Source: an uncultured Bacilli bacterium (GTDB taxonomy: Bacteria > Bacillota_I > Bacilli_A > RF39 > UBA660). Taken from it: a stretch of DNA of 64,000 bases. The stretch is taken from contig CAKOMS010000002.1 of NCBI GenBank assembly GCA_934096735.1, forward strand, positions 19,073 to 83,072, read 5' to 3'. The notes beneath the pieces were generated by a model. That model was given only the letters and a program-made list of their open reading frames with translations, was not told the DNA's origin and made no database searches. The translations under genes were made by a program, and so were the position numbers. Shown piece by piece: positions 44,793-54,884 of this stretch (positions are counted from its first letter, which is position 1; each line of letters begins with the position of its first letter).

Positions 44793-46274
44793 TTGAAAAA
44801 AATAATGTTTTTATTACTTTTATTATTTATGTGTTCAAATGAAGTAAACGCAATAAATATAAAAGAAACTGGTTTAGGAAAATATGCAAAAATTTACAAA
44901 TATAATTTTAAAGAACAAGTTGTAGAAATAAAAAAATTAGTTGATACAGATACAAATACTTATTTATTTAGACTTAGTCCTAATGATAAATTAAACTCTA
45001 ACAATTACGTAAGTTATAAAAATGATTTTAGTAAATGGAAAATAAGTAAAAATTATATAGATTTCTTTTTAACAATTGTAAATTATAATTTTGAAAGTGA
45101 ATTAGAAAATGATTTTAATTATTATATAACTCAGTGTATGATTTATAGTGCAGTAACTTATCATGATGTAAAACTTACTGATAAAAACGGAGTAATAGAT
45201 ACTGCTTTAAATAATTTAATGGATAGTAAATTGCAAACTACTTCAAAATTCTTTTTAAAAGATGATATTTTTAAAAAAATATATAAAATAAAAAATGGAG
45301 AAGTATTAAGTATAAATAGTAAAAATAATTTAAAAGTAGTAGATGATTTAGGATTAGAAATAGATATAAATAAAAATAATATTAAAATAAAAGGTGATTA
45401 TAAAGGTTTAGTTAATCCATCATTTACAACAACATATGAAGAAAATAATTTTATTTATACTGATGGTATTAGTAGTTTTTATGCTAATCTAGGAGGCCCT
45501 GCTAATATAATAAATAAACTAAATATAGAAGTAGATAGTATAAAATTAAACATACATGAAAACTTAAATAATGAAAGTATTTTTAATCATATAACTTTAA
45601 ATAATAGTAAATATGAAATTTATAAAGATAATATTTTAATAAAAGAAGTAAATGATTTAAATAATGTATATTTAAATAAAAATTCAGAATATAAAATAAA
45701 AGATATAACAAATGATAGAAATATTTTAAATAGTAAAGATATTACATTTAATACAAGTGAAGATGATTATGACATATATATAGAAAAAGATGTTGTATTA
45801 AAAGAAATTATAATAAATATTTCAAGTGATAAAAAATATTTATTATACGAAAAAAATAATAAGGATAATTATTATGAATTAGAGAAAATTAATAATTTAA
45901 AATTACCGAATGGTAATTACATAATAGAATATGATAATAATGTAATAAAAGAATTTGATACTAATAAAGATGAATTAAATACTATTTTTATAGATGATAC
46001 TAGAAAAGATGAAAATCTAAATAATGAAAACAATAATGGTGAAAATAACAATGAAGTGGAAGAAAAAAAAGAAATTATAAAAAGTAGAGAAGATACTAGT
46101 AAAGAAAAATTATCTGAAAATGAAGAAAATAATAATGATTTTGAAAATATAGATAATAAAAATGATAATTATTCTGAAATTATTAATCCCAAAACTAAAG
46201 ATAATATTTTTTATTATGTATCATTTTTAATAATAAGTGTATTTGGTTTAGCATTTAGAAAAAAACTATTTTAA
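44793..46274 (+). CDS. Asn/Lys-rich secreted protein with C-terminal sorting-signal-like tail
   Basis: Signal peptide (M)KKIMFLLLLLFMCSNEVNA. The C-terminus is NPKTKD plus a hydrophobic stretch plus RKKLF. The start is assigned to TTG 44793 after AAAGGA (uncertain). Confidence 0.6.
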   Translation: MKKIMFLLLLLFMCSNEVNAINIKETGLGKYAKIYKYNFKEQVVEIKKLVDTDTNTYLFRLSPNDKLNSNNYVSYKNDFSKWKISKNYIDFFLTIVNYNFESELENDFNYYITQCMIYSAVTYHDVKLTDKNGVIDTALNNLMDSKLQTTSKFFLKDDIFKKIYKIKNGEVLSINSKNNLKVVDDLGLEIDINKNNIKIKGDYKGLVNPSFTTTYEENNFIYTDGISSFYANLGGPANIINKLNIEVDSIKLNIHENLNNESIFNHITLNNSKYEIYKDNILIKEVNDLNNVYLNKNSEYKIKDITNDRNILNSKDITFNTSEDDYDIYIEKDVVLKEIIINISSDKKYLLYEKNNKDNYYELEKINNLKLPNGNYIIEYDNNVIKEFDTNKDELNTIFIDDTRKDENLNNENNNGENNNEVEEKKEIIKSREDTSKEKLSENEENNNDFENIDNKNDNYSEIINPKTKDNIFYYVSFLIISVFGLAFRKKLF

Positions 46275-46335
46275 AAATATATAAAAATTTGTTAAAAAGT
46301 TCCATAAGAACTTTTTTAATTTTGTTTAAAATTTC

Positions 46336-46364
46336 TTGAAAAAAAGTTTTAATTTTACTATAAT
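46336..46364 (+). promoter_or_regulatory. Sigma-A promoter upstream of dnaG-sigA
   Basis: TTGAAA-17 nt-TATAAT. Confidence 0.55.
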
Positions 46365-46463
46365 ATGCAGAAAAAGCAAAAAAATTAACAAATTTGTCAA
46401 AAAATTGCAATAAAAAAAAGGAAAATGGAGTTTAACTTATAATATATTTATTAGAGGGGAAAA

Positions 46464-48212
46464 ATGAAAGCAATAAGTGATGAGAAAATAAATGAAATAA
46501 GAAATTCTGCTGATATAGTTAGTATTATTTCTGATTACATACCATTAAAATTACATGGAAAAAATTATTTTGGAATTTGTCCTTTTCATGATGATCATTC
46601 ACCAAGTATGTCCGTGTCACCAGATAGGCAACTTTTTAAATGTTTTGTATGTAATAAAGGTGGTAATGTTTTTACATTTATTAAAGATTACGAAAACATA
46701 AGCTACATTGAAGCTGTTAAAAGAGTTGCAGATAAAATAGGTATCCCTCTTTCCATAGATACATACTCAAATAAAAGCACAAAATTTAATCACGAATATG
46801 AAATTATGGATTATGCTACAAAGATTTTTCAAAATAATTTGTATAGTAAAGAAGGCTCTAAAGCTAGAGAATATTTAAAAGAAAGAAATATTACAGAAAA
46901 TATTATAAAAGATTTTAAAATAGGGTTAGCTTTAGAAAATAGAACTCATCTAAGAGATTCATTAAAAAATAAGTATGATATTAATGAACTTGATGAACTT
47001 GGGCTTATAACTAAAGATGGAATTAACTCATATGATAAATTCTATAATAGAATTATGATACCTTTAACTAATGAAGATAATAAAGTTGTAGGGTATACTG
47101 GAAGAATTTATAATGGTGAAACTGATACAGCAAAATATGTTAATACCATGGAAACTAAAATATACAAAAAAGGTCATATATTATTTAACTATTACAATGC
47201 CAAACCTTTTATAAGAGAAGAAAAGAAGGCTATAATAGTTGAAGGAAATATGGATGCGATTAGAATGTATTCTAGTGGTGTTAAAAATGTTCTTGCATTA
47301 ATGGGTACAGTTATAACAGATGATCAAATTAATATGTTAAAAAAATTAAGAGTACCTATAATACTTATGTTAGATAACGATAATGCTGGAAGTCTTGCTA
47401 CAATAAATGTTGGAGATGTTCTTATAAAAAATGAACTTCAAGTGCTTGTTGTAAGACTTGAAGGAGCTAAAGATCCAGATGAATATATTGTTAAATATGG
47501 TATAGATAAATTTAATGAAACAATTAAAAATGCTATGAATTATTTTGATTATAAAATGATTTATTTAAAGCAAAATAAGAATTTAAATAATACAGAAGAG
47601 TTAGTTAGCTATGTAAAAGATGTTTTAAAAATGGTTAAAGATGAAGATAATTTAACTAAAGAAATAACTCTTCAAAAATTAAGTAAAGAATTTGGACTAG
47701 AGTATGATGTCTTAAAAGGTGAAGCTGAATTCAAAGAAGAAAAAGTTCAAAAAAAAGAGATAAAAGAAATACCTATAAAAGAAAAAAAAGATACTTATAA
47801 GTTATGTGTAGATAAGATTTTCTACTATATGATGAATGATACCAAATATGTGAGTATTTTTAATAATAGATTAGGCTATTTAAAAAATAAAGAAGAAAGA
47901 TATTTAATTGGAGAAATTGAACATTTTATTAAAATTTATGGTAAAATAAATCTTGCAGATTTTATTACCTATGCTGAAAATGATGATAAAATTAGAGATT
48001 TTGTAAATATTATAAGTAGTAGTGTGTATGAAGATGAATTAAGTGAACAAACATTCATTGAGTACATTAATAGAATTAAAACTATTTTAAATAAAGAAGA
48101 AATAGATAATATAAAAAAGGAATTAAGAAATACAATTGATGCTAAAAAGCAAGAAGAATTGTTAAAGAAATTACAAGGGTTAGTAAAAAAGAGGAGTGAG
48201 ATAAATGGTTGA
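46464..48212 (+). CDS. dnaG: DNA primase
   Basis: Zinc finger [34 protein letters not shown] and Toprim EGNMDAI..DNDNAG. Confidence 0.92.
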   Translation: MKAISDEKINEIRNSADIVSIISDYIPLKLHGKNYFGICPFHDDHSPSMSVSPDRQLFKCFVCNKGGNVFTFIKDYENISYIEAVKRVADKIGIPLSIDTYSNKSTKFNHEYEIMDYATKIFQNNLYSKEGSKAREYLKERNITENIIKDFKIGLALENRTHLRDSLKNKYDINELDELGLITKDGINSYDKFYNRIMIPLTNEDNKVVGYTGRIYNGETDTAKYVNTMETKIYKKGHILFNYYNAKPFIREEKKAIIVEGNMDAIRMYSSGVKNVLALMGTVITDDQINMLKKLRVPIILMLDNDNAGSLATINVGDVLIKNELQVLVVRLEGAKDPDEYIVKYGIDKFNETIKNAMNYFDYKMIYLKQNKNLNNTEELVSYVKDVLKMVKDEDNLTKEITLQKLSKEFGLEYDVLKGEAEFKEEKVQKKEIKEIPIKEKKDTYKLCVDKIFYYMMNDTKYVSIFNNRLGYLKNKEERYLIGEIEHFIKIYGKINLADFITYAENDDKIRDFVNIISSSVYEDELSEQTFIEYINRIKTILNKEEIDNIKKELRNTIDAKKQEELLKKLQGLVKKRSEING

Positions 48213-49311
48213 GATTAAAACTTTTGAAGAAAGAAAAGAAGCATTAATAAAAAAAGGAAAAGAAAATGGATTTATTACATTTGAAGAATTAGCACAAGCT
48301 TTAAAGGGCTTAGAAATTGATGCTGATACATTAGATGAATTATATAATTCTTTTGTAGAAGCAGGAATAACTGTAGTAACTGAAGAAGAGGCAGATGATG
48401 AATCTTCTTCTGGTCATGAACCTAAAATAGATGATGAAGAACCTATTATATTAAGTGATGCAGAAATTACCAAAGATGTAAATATAAATGATCCAGTAAG
48501 AATGTATTTAAAGGAAATTGGTAGAATTAGTTTGCTTTCTAGTGAAGAAGAAATGAATTTAAGCGTTAGAATAGCAGACGGTGATGAAGAAGCAAAAAGA
48601 CTACTTGCAGAATCAAATTTACGTTTAGTTGTATCAATTGCTAAAAGATATGTTGGAAGAGGTCTTTTATTTCTAGATTTAATTCAAGAAGGAAATATAG
48701 GGCTTATGAAAGCAGTAGATAAATTTGATTACGATAAAGGATACAAATTTTCTACATATGCAACATGGTGGATAAGACAAGCCATTACAAGAGCTTTAGC
48801 AGATCAAGCAAGAACAATTCGTGTTCCAGTTCATATGGTTGAAACAATTAATAAAATGGTACGTATTCAAAGACAAATGACTCTAGAACTTAATAGAGAA
48901 CCAAGTGAAGAAGAAATCGCTAAAAAGATGGGTATTTCTGTTGATAAAGTAAGAGAAGTAATAAAAATTAGTCAAGAACCAGTATCTTTAGAAACTCCAA
49001 TTGGAGAAGAAGATGATTCACATTTAGGAGATTTCCTAAAAGATGAAAGTAATTTAAGTCCAGAAGAATATACTGAAAATGAAATTTTGAAAGAAGAAAT
49101 AAAAGAAGTATTAAGAACACTTCAACCAAGAGAGCAAGAGGTACTAGAACTTAGATTTGGTTTAATTGATGGAACTTGTCATACACTAGAAGATGTAGGA
49201 AAAAGATTTAATGTTACAAGAGAAAGAATTAGACAAATTGAAGCTAAAGCTTTAAGAAAATTAAGACATCCATCAAGAGCCAAAAAATTAAAAGATTTTA
49301 TGGATAATTAA
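48205..49311 (+). CDS. sigA: Primary sigma factor SigA/RpoD
   Basis: [40 protein letters not shown] and region 4 [20 protein letters not shown]. Confidence 0.95.
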   Translation: MVEIKTFEERKEALIKKGKENGFITFEELAQALKGLEIDADTLDELYNSFVEAGITVVTEEEADDESSSGHEPKIDDEEPIILSDAEITKDVNINDPVRMYLKEIGRISLLSSEEEMNLSVRIADGDEEAKRLLAESNLRLVVSIAKRYVGRGLLFLDLIQEGNIGLMKAVDKFDYDKGYKFSTYATWWIRQAITRALADQARTIRVPVHMVETINKMVRIQRQMTLELNREPSEEEIAKKMGISVDKVREVIKISQEPVSLETPIGEEDDSHLGDFLKDESNLSPEEYTENEILKEEIKEVLRTLQPREQEVLELRFGLIDGTCHTLEDVGKRFNVTRERIRQIEAKALRKLRHPSRAKKLKDFMDN

Positions 49312-49931
49312 TGAATAGTGAAAGATTAAATAAAATTGTATCTTTAGTTGATAAAAATGATACAGTTCTAGATGTTGGATGTGATCATGGATATATTAGT
49401 ATACTTCTTAAAAAAAACAATTTATGTAAGAGTGTATATGCCAGTGATATAAGTAAAAATGCTTTACAATTTGCAGTTAATAATATAAAAAAAAATAATT
49501 TAGATATTAAATGTATTGTTAGTGATGGATTTAAAAATATTAATGAATATTTTGATACTGCAATAATTGCAGGTATGGGAGCAAGTACAATTATTAATAT
49601 ATTAAATTATAATAATTTACCTAATAAATTAATTCTATGTAGTAATAATGATTATGAAAAATTAAGAAGATATTTAAATAAAATAAATTATAAACTAGAA
49701 AAAGAAATTGTAGTAAAAGAAAATAATCATTATTATATAATTATGGAGTATCACATTGGTAAAGAAAAGTTAAATGATAAAGTATTTAAATATGGAATAA
49801 ATTATGACAAAGAATATTTAAACTACTTGATAGAAAAAAATAATAGTTTTATAAATAATTTACCATTTTTAAAAAAGTTAAAAATAAAAAAAGAAAATAG
49901 AATAATTAAAGATCTTATTGAAAAAAAGTAG
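49311..49931 (+). CDS. trmK: tRNA (adenine22-N1)-methyltransferase TrmK-like
   Basis: LDVGCDHGYISILL and IAGMGA motifs. It sits after sigA, as in Bacillus. Confidence 0.7.
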   Translation: MNSERLNKIVSLVDKNDTVLDVGCDHGYISILLKKNNLCKSVYASDISKNALQFAVNNIKKNNLDIKCIVSDGFKNINEYFDTAIIAGMGASTIINILNYNNLPNKLILCSNNDYEKLRRYLNKINYKLEKEIVVKENNHYYIIMEYHIGKEKLNDKVFKYGINYDKEYLNYLIEKNNSFINNLPFLKKLKIKKENRIIKDLIEKK

Positions 49932-50196
49932 GACCTTTTTTATTATCACTAATTATATTTGCATTTACAATTTTTTCCTTAATTGGAGCAATATTTTTTT
50001 GAGCATTATTCATTACTCTAGTAGTAGTAGTACTAGTCATTTGTTTTAAAAAATTTATAGCACTTTTAGCATTACCAACTAATGGTTTAGCCTCTTTATA
50101 AATGGGAATTACTTGATTAACAATACCTAGAGTTTTATTAAGACCTCCAATAATTTTACCTAAAGAAAAGAATGAACCCATATTATTTCCAAACAC
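49915..50196 (-). CDS. Small hypothetical protein (possibly YqfQ/VrrA-like)
   Basis: AGGTGA lies 5 nt before GTG 50196. The weak resemblance is by position and composition only. Confidence 0.3.
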   Translation of the reverse strand: MFGNNMGSFFSLGKIIGGLNKTLGIVNQVIPIYKEAKPLVGNAKSAINFLKQMTSTTTTRVMNNAQKNIAPIKEKIVNANIISDNKKGPTFFQ

Positions 50197-50284
50197 ATAA
50201 ATCACCTACTATATTTTATGCTAAATAGGACTAGAAACATACATTTTATTATGATATAATTTACTAGAATAGTAGGTGTAACAT

Positions 50285-51853
50285 ATGAAAGCACAAAATA
50301 ATCAAGAAAAAAAAGTTTGGTATGTTGTAGTAGTAGAATTTTTGAAAAAAGTAGCATTAACTATTTTTTCGATATTCTCTTATGCATTTATAGGGGTAAA
50401 AGCATGTACTTATGATGCCTTTGTTTATGTATACAATTCATTAAGTTGGAAACTAGATAAAGCATATAAAAGGACAAAAGAAGTTTTAGCACAAGATGCA
50501 TATGATAAACCTAAGGAAAAAAAAGAAAAAGTATATAAATACAGTGCTAAAACAATGGCTAAACTTGAAGCAGAATATAATGAACTAGTAAAAGATTTAC
50601 AAACAAGTGGAGCCACAAGATCAAAAGAGGCAAATGTTTATTATTTTAAAGTTAGAGATAAACAAGGAAAAATTATTACTGGTACTATGAATGGTCTTTC
50701 TAAATTAGATATTAATTCATTCTTAGTTAATGAAGGTTATACTGTTTATAGTATTAAAACTAGTCCATTTATTAACTTTTTATTTAAAGAAAGTAGCTTA
50801 ATGGCACCAAAAATGTCAAATAAAGAATTAGTTTTTTGGCTAACTCAGTTATCAACTTATTTAAAAGCAGGTATTACATTAAATGATGCGATAAGAATAT
50901 TATCAAAACAAACGTCTAAAAATAAAACAAAAGCGAGAGCTTTTCAATCAATTTCATACGAATTGGTACTTGGTTCATCTTTCTCTAAAGCATTAGAGAA
51001 ACAAGGAAATATGTTTCCAGCACTTTTAATCAATATGATTAAAGCAGCAGAAGCGAGTGGTACTTTAGTTGAAACATTAGATGATATGGCAAATTATTAC
51101 ACTGAAGTAGATGAAACAAGAAAAGAAATGTTAGGCGCATTATCTTATCCAATTATTATTAGTGTTTTTGCAATAGCAGTTATAACATTTATATTAATTT
51201 ATATAGTTCCTAAATTTGTTAAAATTTATGAATCACAAGATATATCGATATCAGGTATAACATTATTCTTAGTAAACTTTAGTACATTTATGAAAAATAA
51301 TATATTTATTATAATTGGTTTACTATTACTTACTATAATAGTTTTAATAGTAGCATATAAAGAGATTAAAGCATTTAGAAGAAATGTTCAAACACTTCTT
51401 ATGCATATACCTGTAGTTAAAGATATTATAATTTATAAAGAACTTACAATATTTACAAAAACATTTGCATCTTTATTAAGAAATAATGTATTTATTACAG
51501 AAAGTATAGATATACTAACAAAAATAACAAATAATGAAATATACAAAGGTATTTTATATAGAACTATTAATAATGTAGTTAAAGGTGAAAAAATATCTGA
51601 AGCGTTTAAAGATCATTGGGCTGTACCAGATGTAGCATATTTTATGATTACTACTGGTGAATCAACTGGTGAACTTGATGAAATGATGCAAAAAGTAAGT
51701 GATTATTATCAAGGATTACACAAAAATGTAGTAAACAATTTAAAAACATTTATAGAACCAATTTTAATTGCATTTTTAGCAATAATAGTTGGAGGAATTA
51801 TCTTAGCAGTTATTATGCCAATGTTCAGCATGTATAGTGAGATGTTAAAATGA
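50285..51853 (+). CDS. Type IV pilus/competence platform protein (PilC/GspF/ComGB-like) with about 115-aa N-terminal extension
   Basis: Two GspF-type repeats (ELVFWLTQLSTYLKAGITLNDAI.. and ELTIFTKTFASLLRNNVFITESI..) and YYFKVRDKQGKIITGTMNG. An extra N-terminal hydrophobic segment is present. TAGGTG precedes ATG 50285. Confidence 0.85.
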   Translation: MKAQNNQEKKVWYVVVVEFLKKVALTIFSIFSYAFIGVKACTYDAFVYVYNSLSWKLDKAYKRTKEVLAQDAYDKPKEKKEKVYKYSAKTMAKLEAEYNELVKDLQTSGATRSKEANVYYFKVRDKQGKIITGTMNGLSKLDINSFLVNEGYTVYSIKTSPFINFLFKESSLMAPKMSNKELVFWLTQLSTYLKAGITLNDAIRILSKQTSKNKTKARAFQSISYELVLGSSFSKALEKQGNMFPALLINMIKAAEASGTLVETLDDMANYYTEVDETRKEMLGALSYPIIISVFAIAVITFILIYIVPKFVKIYESQDISISGITLFLVNFSTFMKNNIFIIIGLLLLTIIVLIVAYKEIKAFRRNVQTLLMHIPVVKDIIIYKELTIFTKTFASLLRNNVFITESIDILTKITNNEIYKGILYRTINNVVKGEKISEAFKDHWAVPDVAYFMITTGESTGELDEMMQKVSDYYQGLHKNVVNNLKTFIEPILIAFLAIIVGGIILAVIMPMFSMYSEMLK

Positions 51854-52608
51854 TTTATGTAGTTATGTTTATTTTTGGAGCCTTATTTGGCTCTTTCTAT
51901 TTAGTTATAGGCACAAGACTTCCACTAAAAGAAAATGTAATTACTGGAAGAAGCAGATGTGATAATTGTGAAAAAACACTTAAGTGGTATGAATTAATTC
52001 CAATTATAAGTTTTATATTTCAAAAAGGAAAATGTAACCATTGTCACAAAAAAATTAGTATAGAACATTTAATTGTAGAAATAATTACAGGTATTCTTTT
52101 TGTAGTAGGATATTTAATTTATGGCCTAACTTGGGATTTAGGTATATATTTAATACTTACTTCCCTAACAATATTGATATTTATAAGTGATTTTAAATAC
52201 ATGATAATACTTGATTCACCATTAGTTATATCATCAATTCTTTTAGTATTCATCACATATGAAAAGTCTGGTTTAAAATTAACATTATATCATTTAATTT
52301 ATGCTTGTTTATTATTTTTAACAATGTATTTAATTAAAATTATTGGAGATAAATTATTTAAAAAAGAATCTTTAGGTGGGGGAGATATAAAACTTTCTTT
52401 TGTAACTGGTTTAGTACTAGGATATCAACTAGGATTAATATCATTAATTTTTGCATCTTTTCTAGCACTTCCGTATGCAGTATTAAGTTTATATCTAAAC
52501 AAAAAAAATGAACTTCCATTCGGTCCATTTTTAATATCCTCAGCCTTAATAATCTTTATATTTATAGAAAAATTTACAAATTTATTAATATTTTTTCAAT
52601 TATCTTAA
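51850..52608 (+). CDS. Prepilin peptidase (A24 family, PilD/ComC-like)
   Basis: CDNCEKTLKWYELIPIISFIFQKGKCNHCHKKIS zinc-ribbon-like motif and GGGDIKL second catalytic Asp box. Confidence 0.88.
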   Translation: MIYVVMFIFGALFGSFYLVIGTRLPLKENVITGRSRCDNCEKTLKWYELIPIISFIFQKGKCNHCHKKISIEHLIVEIITGILFVVGYLIYGLTWDLGIYLILTSLTILIFISDFKYMIILDSPLVISSILLVFITYEKSGLKLTLYHLIYACLLFLTMYLIKIIGDKLFKKESLGGGDIKLSFVTGLVLGYQLGLISLIFASFLALPYAVLSLYLNKKNELPFGPFLISSALIIFIFIEKFTNLLIFFQLS

Positions 52609-52700
52609 TATAAAGCATAAACTGCTATTCCGGCAACAAAAGATGCTACCATTAAGAATAACATTAACCAAACTAAGATTTTCTTAGTTTTTTTATTCAT
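52605..52700 (-). CDS. 31-aa hydrophobic peptide (below the ORF-track cutoff)
   Basis: The minus strand reads AAGGTGGG, a 9-nt spacer, then ATG. The product is MNKKTKKILVWLMLFLMVASFVAGIAVYALY. Confidence 0.35.
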   Translation of the reverse strand: MNKKTKKILVWLMLFLMVASFVAGIAVYALY

Positions 52701-52815
52701 TAAATATCCCACCTTTAATACAATTTAAATATATCATAATTTAGTTCTTTTTAAAAGTATTTTTCATATTATTAAGTGTAATGAGTCGTAATTTAATTAA
52801 AGGAAAGGTCACAGT

Positions 52816-53391
52816 ATGAAAAAAATTTTAAAAAACAATAAACAATTTATTACTTTTTTACTTGTACTTTTTATAGTATCTTTTGCACTTAGTATAATAT
52901 ATTTTTCATTTTTAACAGATGAAGTAAAAGAAAGTATACAAATATCTTTAAAAAGTAATTCAATATATAATTATAATAAAATAATTAATGATTTAATAAT
53001 TATGTCAGTTCTTTTAATTACATCATTTTTCATAATTGGAAGTCCACTTAGTATAATATATTTAGTTTATGATTTCTTTTCAGTCGGATTTCTTTTAATG
53101 ATTCATAACTATACTTATGGCATAGGTGGTATAGTATTTATATTAATTTATATATTCTTAAATAAATTTATATTTTACATTTTATATTCAATATTTATAA
53201 AAAGATTAATTAAAATAAGTATATTAGTATTCAAAAAAATAGCAATAAAACAAGAATTTACCAATAATAATCGTTTAGTATCTAACTTTACATCTTCTTT
53301 ATATCTTATATTAATAGTACTTATATATAACGTATTATTATATATACTAAATCCTTTTGTATTAAATAAATTAGCATACTTAATAAAATAA
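52816..53391 (+). CDS. SpoIIM-like polytopic membrane protein
   Basis: About 190 aa with 5 hydrophobic segments. IIGSPLSIIYLVYDFFSVGFLL resembles the SpoIIM VIGLPVIFILLFLKGVVVGF block. Confidence 0.45.
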   Translation: MKKILKNNKQFITFLLVLFIVSFALSIIYFSFLTDEVKESIQISLKSNSIYNYNKIINDLIIMSVLLITSFFIIGSPLSIIYLVYDFFSVGFLLMIHNYTYGIGGIVFILIYIFLNKFIFYILYSIFIKRLIKISILVFKKIAIKQEFTNNNRLVSNFTSSLYLILIVLIYNVLLYILNPFVLNKLAYLIK

Positions 53392-53402
53392 ACTTTCATG
53401 AC

Positions 53403-53490
53403 TTGAATAAAAATAAATTTTATAGTATTCTATTAATAGAAAGATAGAAAATAAGTAAGAGTAAAACTTACTTACTCGGAGGTTGATAAA
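53403..53490 (+). promoter_or_regulatory. Conserved promoter/leader of surface-protein family (copy D)
   Basis: TTGAAT-17-TATTCT plus the shared leader ending CTTACTCGGAGGTTGATAAAATG. Confidence 0.6.
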
Positions 53491-54861
53491 ATGAAAAAAA
53501 TAGACTTCCGGGGGGGGGTTGTGAAACTCCTTCTTGGAATAGAAATTACAACTTTATTTTTAGGGATTAAAAGTTTTGGTAATAAGAATAACATAATTGA
53601 TGATATTAAATTATTGGATAATAAATCTAATAATCTTTTTGCAATTATGGTACAAGATGATACGGGTAATTATGTAGAAAGTAGTGATTTTCCAAAAGGT
53701 AAATATAAATTAAATGATGAACTAACTGTATGTAATGATAATAATGGAGATAGAGTAGAAAATGTACTTAGTTACTCAAATGGTTTTGTAACTGTAACAA
53801 GTAAAAGAACTATATTTTGTTATTTGTATTTTGAACCTAAAGTAGATTTAATAATAAATGTTACAAATGAAACAATACCTAAAACATCTGGTTATAGTGT
53901 AGTATCAACTTGTCCAAACAGTAATTGGAGTGATAAATATCAAAGATTAGAACTTGGAGATATATCAAATCCAACAGTAGAATGTAATTTAACATATAAT
54001 AAAAGAACATTTGATGAAAGTAAAAAATTAAGTGCCATAGCATCCACAGTAGGAACTTCAGGAATTGGAAGTATAGTAGATGAGGGAGATGCAGGATTCA
54101 GATATGAAGGACAAGATCCAAATAACTATATCTGGTTTAATAATGAATTATGGAGAATAATCGGAGTAATACCAACAAAAGTAGATTCAAGTGGAACAAC
54201 AGAAAATTTAGTAAAGATAATAAGAAACTCCGCAATTGGAGGACTTGCATATGATGCAAATTCAACTGGTAAAGGAGCATGGGGAAGTAATACTTTGTAT
54301 AGTTTATTAAATGAATATTATTGGGGTAAAGAGAATGGAACAAATACAACAGGATGTTATGGATACCGAAATGAATACCGATCAACTTCAAAATCAAAAT
54401 GTGATTATACAAAAATTGGGTTAGAAACAACAGATTATTATGGTGATATGGTTAAGAAAGTATATTGGAATACAGGAGTAAGTATGTATGATAAAACAGC
54501 AAGTGAAGTGTACGAAACAGAAAAAACTGTCCAAACAGTATACAATTACATAGGACTCATGAGTGCAAGTGATTATGGATATGCGACAAGCGCATCGCAT
54601 AGCAAAAATCTTTCTTCATATAATAATGCAACCCATACATTAAACAATTGGTTATATGGACAAGGAGACGAATGGACAAATATTCTGAGTGTTCGTTCTA
54701 ATTATGCGACTTATGTGAGTTCTGGCGGGGATGTGAACGGCATTAGTGCGGCTCGTAGCAATGTGGCTCGTCCAGCCTTGTATATGGAGTCTGATATATA
54801 TGTGTACTCAGGAGATGGAAGTAAAGTCGATCCATATATTGTTTCGAAGAAATTAAATTAA
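53491..54861 (+). CDS. Surface protein, family member D (shared N-terminus and poly-G, shorter body, W..RPA..PY C-domain)
   Basis: MKKIDFRGGVVKLLLGIEITTLFLGIKSFGN. The N-module is conserved with A-C, followed by NYIWFNNELWRIIGVIP ... ARPALYMESDIYVYSGDGSKVDPYIV. Confidence 0.85.
   Translation: MKKIDFRGGVVKLLLGIEITTLFLGIKSFGNKNNIIDDIKLLDNKSNNLFAIMVQDDTGNYVESSDFPKGKYKLNDELTVCNDNNGDRVENVLSYSNGFVTVTSKRTIFCYLYFEPKVDLIINVTNETIPKTSGYSVVSTCPNSNWSDKYQRLELGDISNPTVECNLTYNKRTFDESKKLSAIASTVGTSGIGSIVDEGDAGFRYEGQDPNNYIWFNNELWRIIGVIPTKVDSSGTTENLVKIIRNSAIGGLAYDANSTGKGAWGSNTLYSLLNEYYWGKENGTNTTGCYGYRNEYRSTSKSKCDYTKIGLETTDYYGDMVKKVYWNTGVSMYDKTASEVYETEKTVQTVYNYIGLMSASDYGYATSASHSKNLSSYNNATHTLNNWLYGQGDEWTNILSVRSNYATYVSSGGDVNGISAARSNVARPALYMESDIYVYSGDGSKVDPYIVSKKLN
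53510..53518 (+). repeat. G9 homopolymer in codons 7-10 of gene D (in frame)
   Basis: Counted directly: ttcc-GGGGGGGGG-ttgtg. Confidence 0.95.
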
Positions 54862-54884
54862 TTGGTTGGAAAGGCGAGTGTAAT

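Noticed and set aside
44793-46274. A thioester (TQxA) adhesin domain call for the Asn/Lys-rich protein.
   Set aside because: Only a weak TQCMIY resemblance is present, with no N-terminal partner Cys, so a domain cannot be supported from sequence reading.
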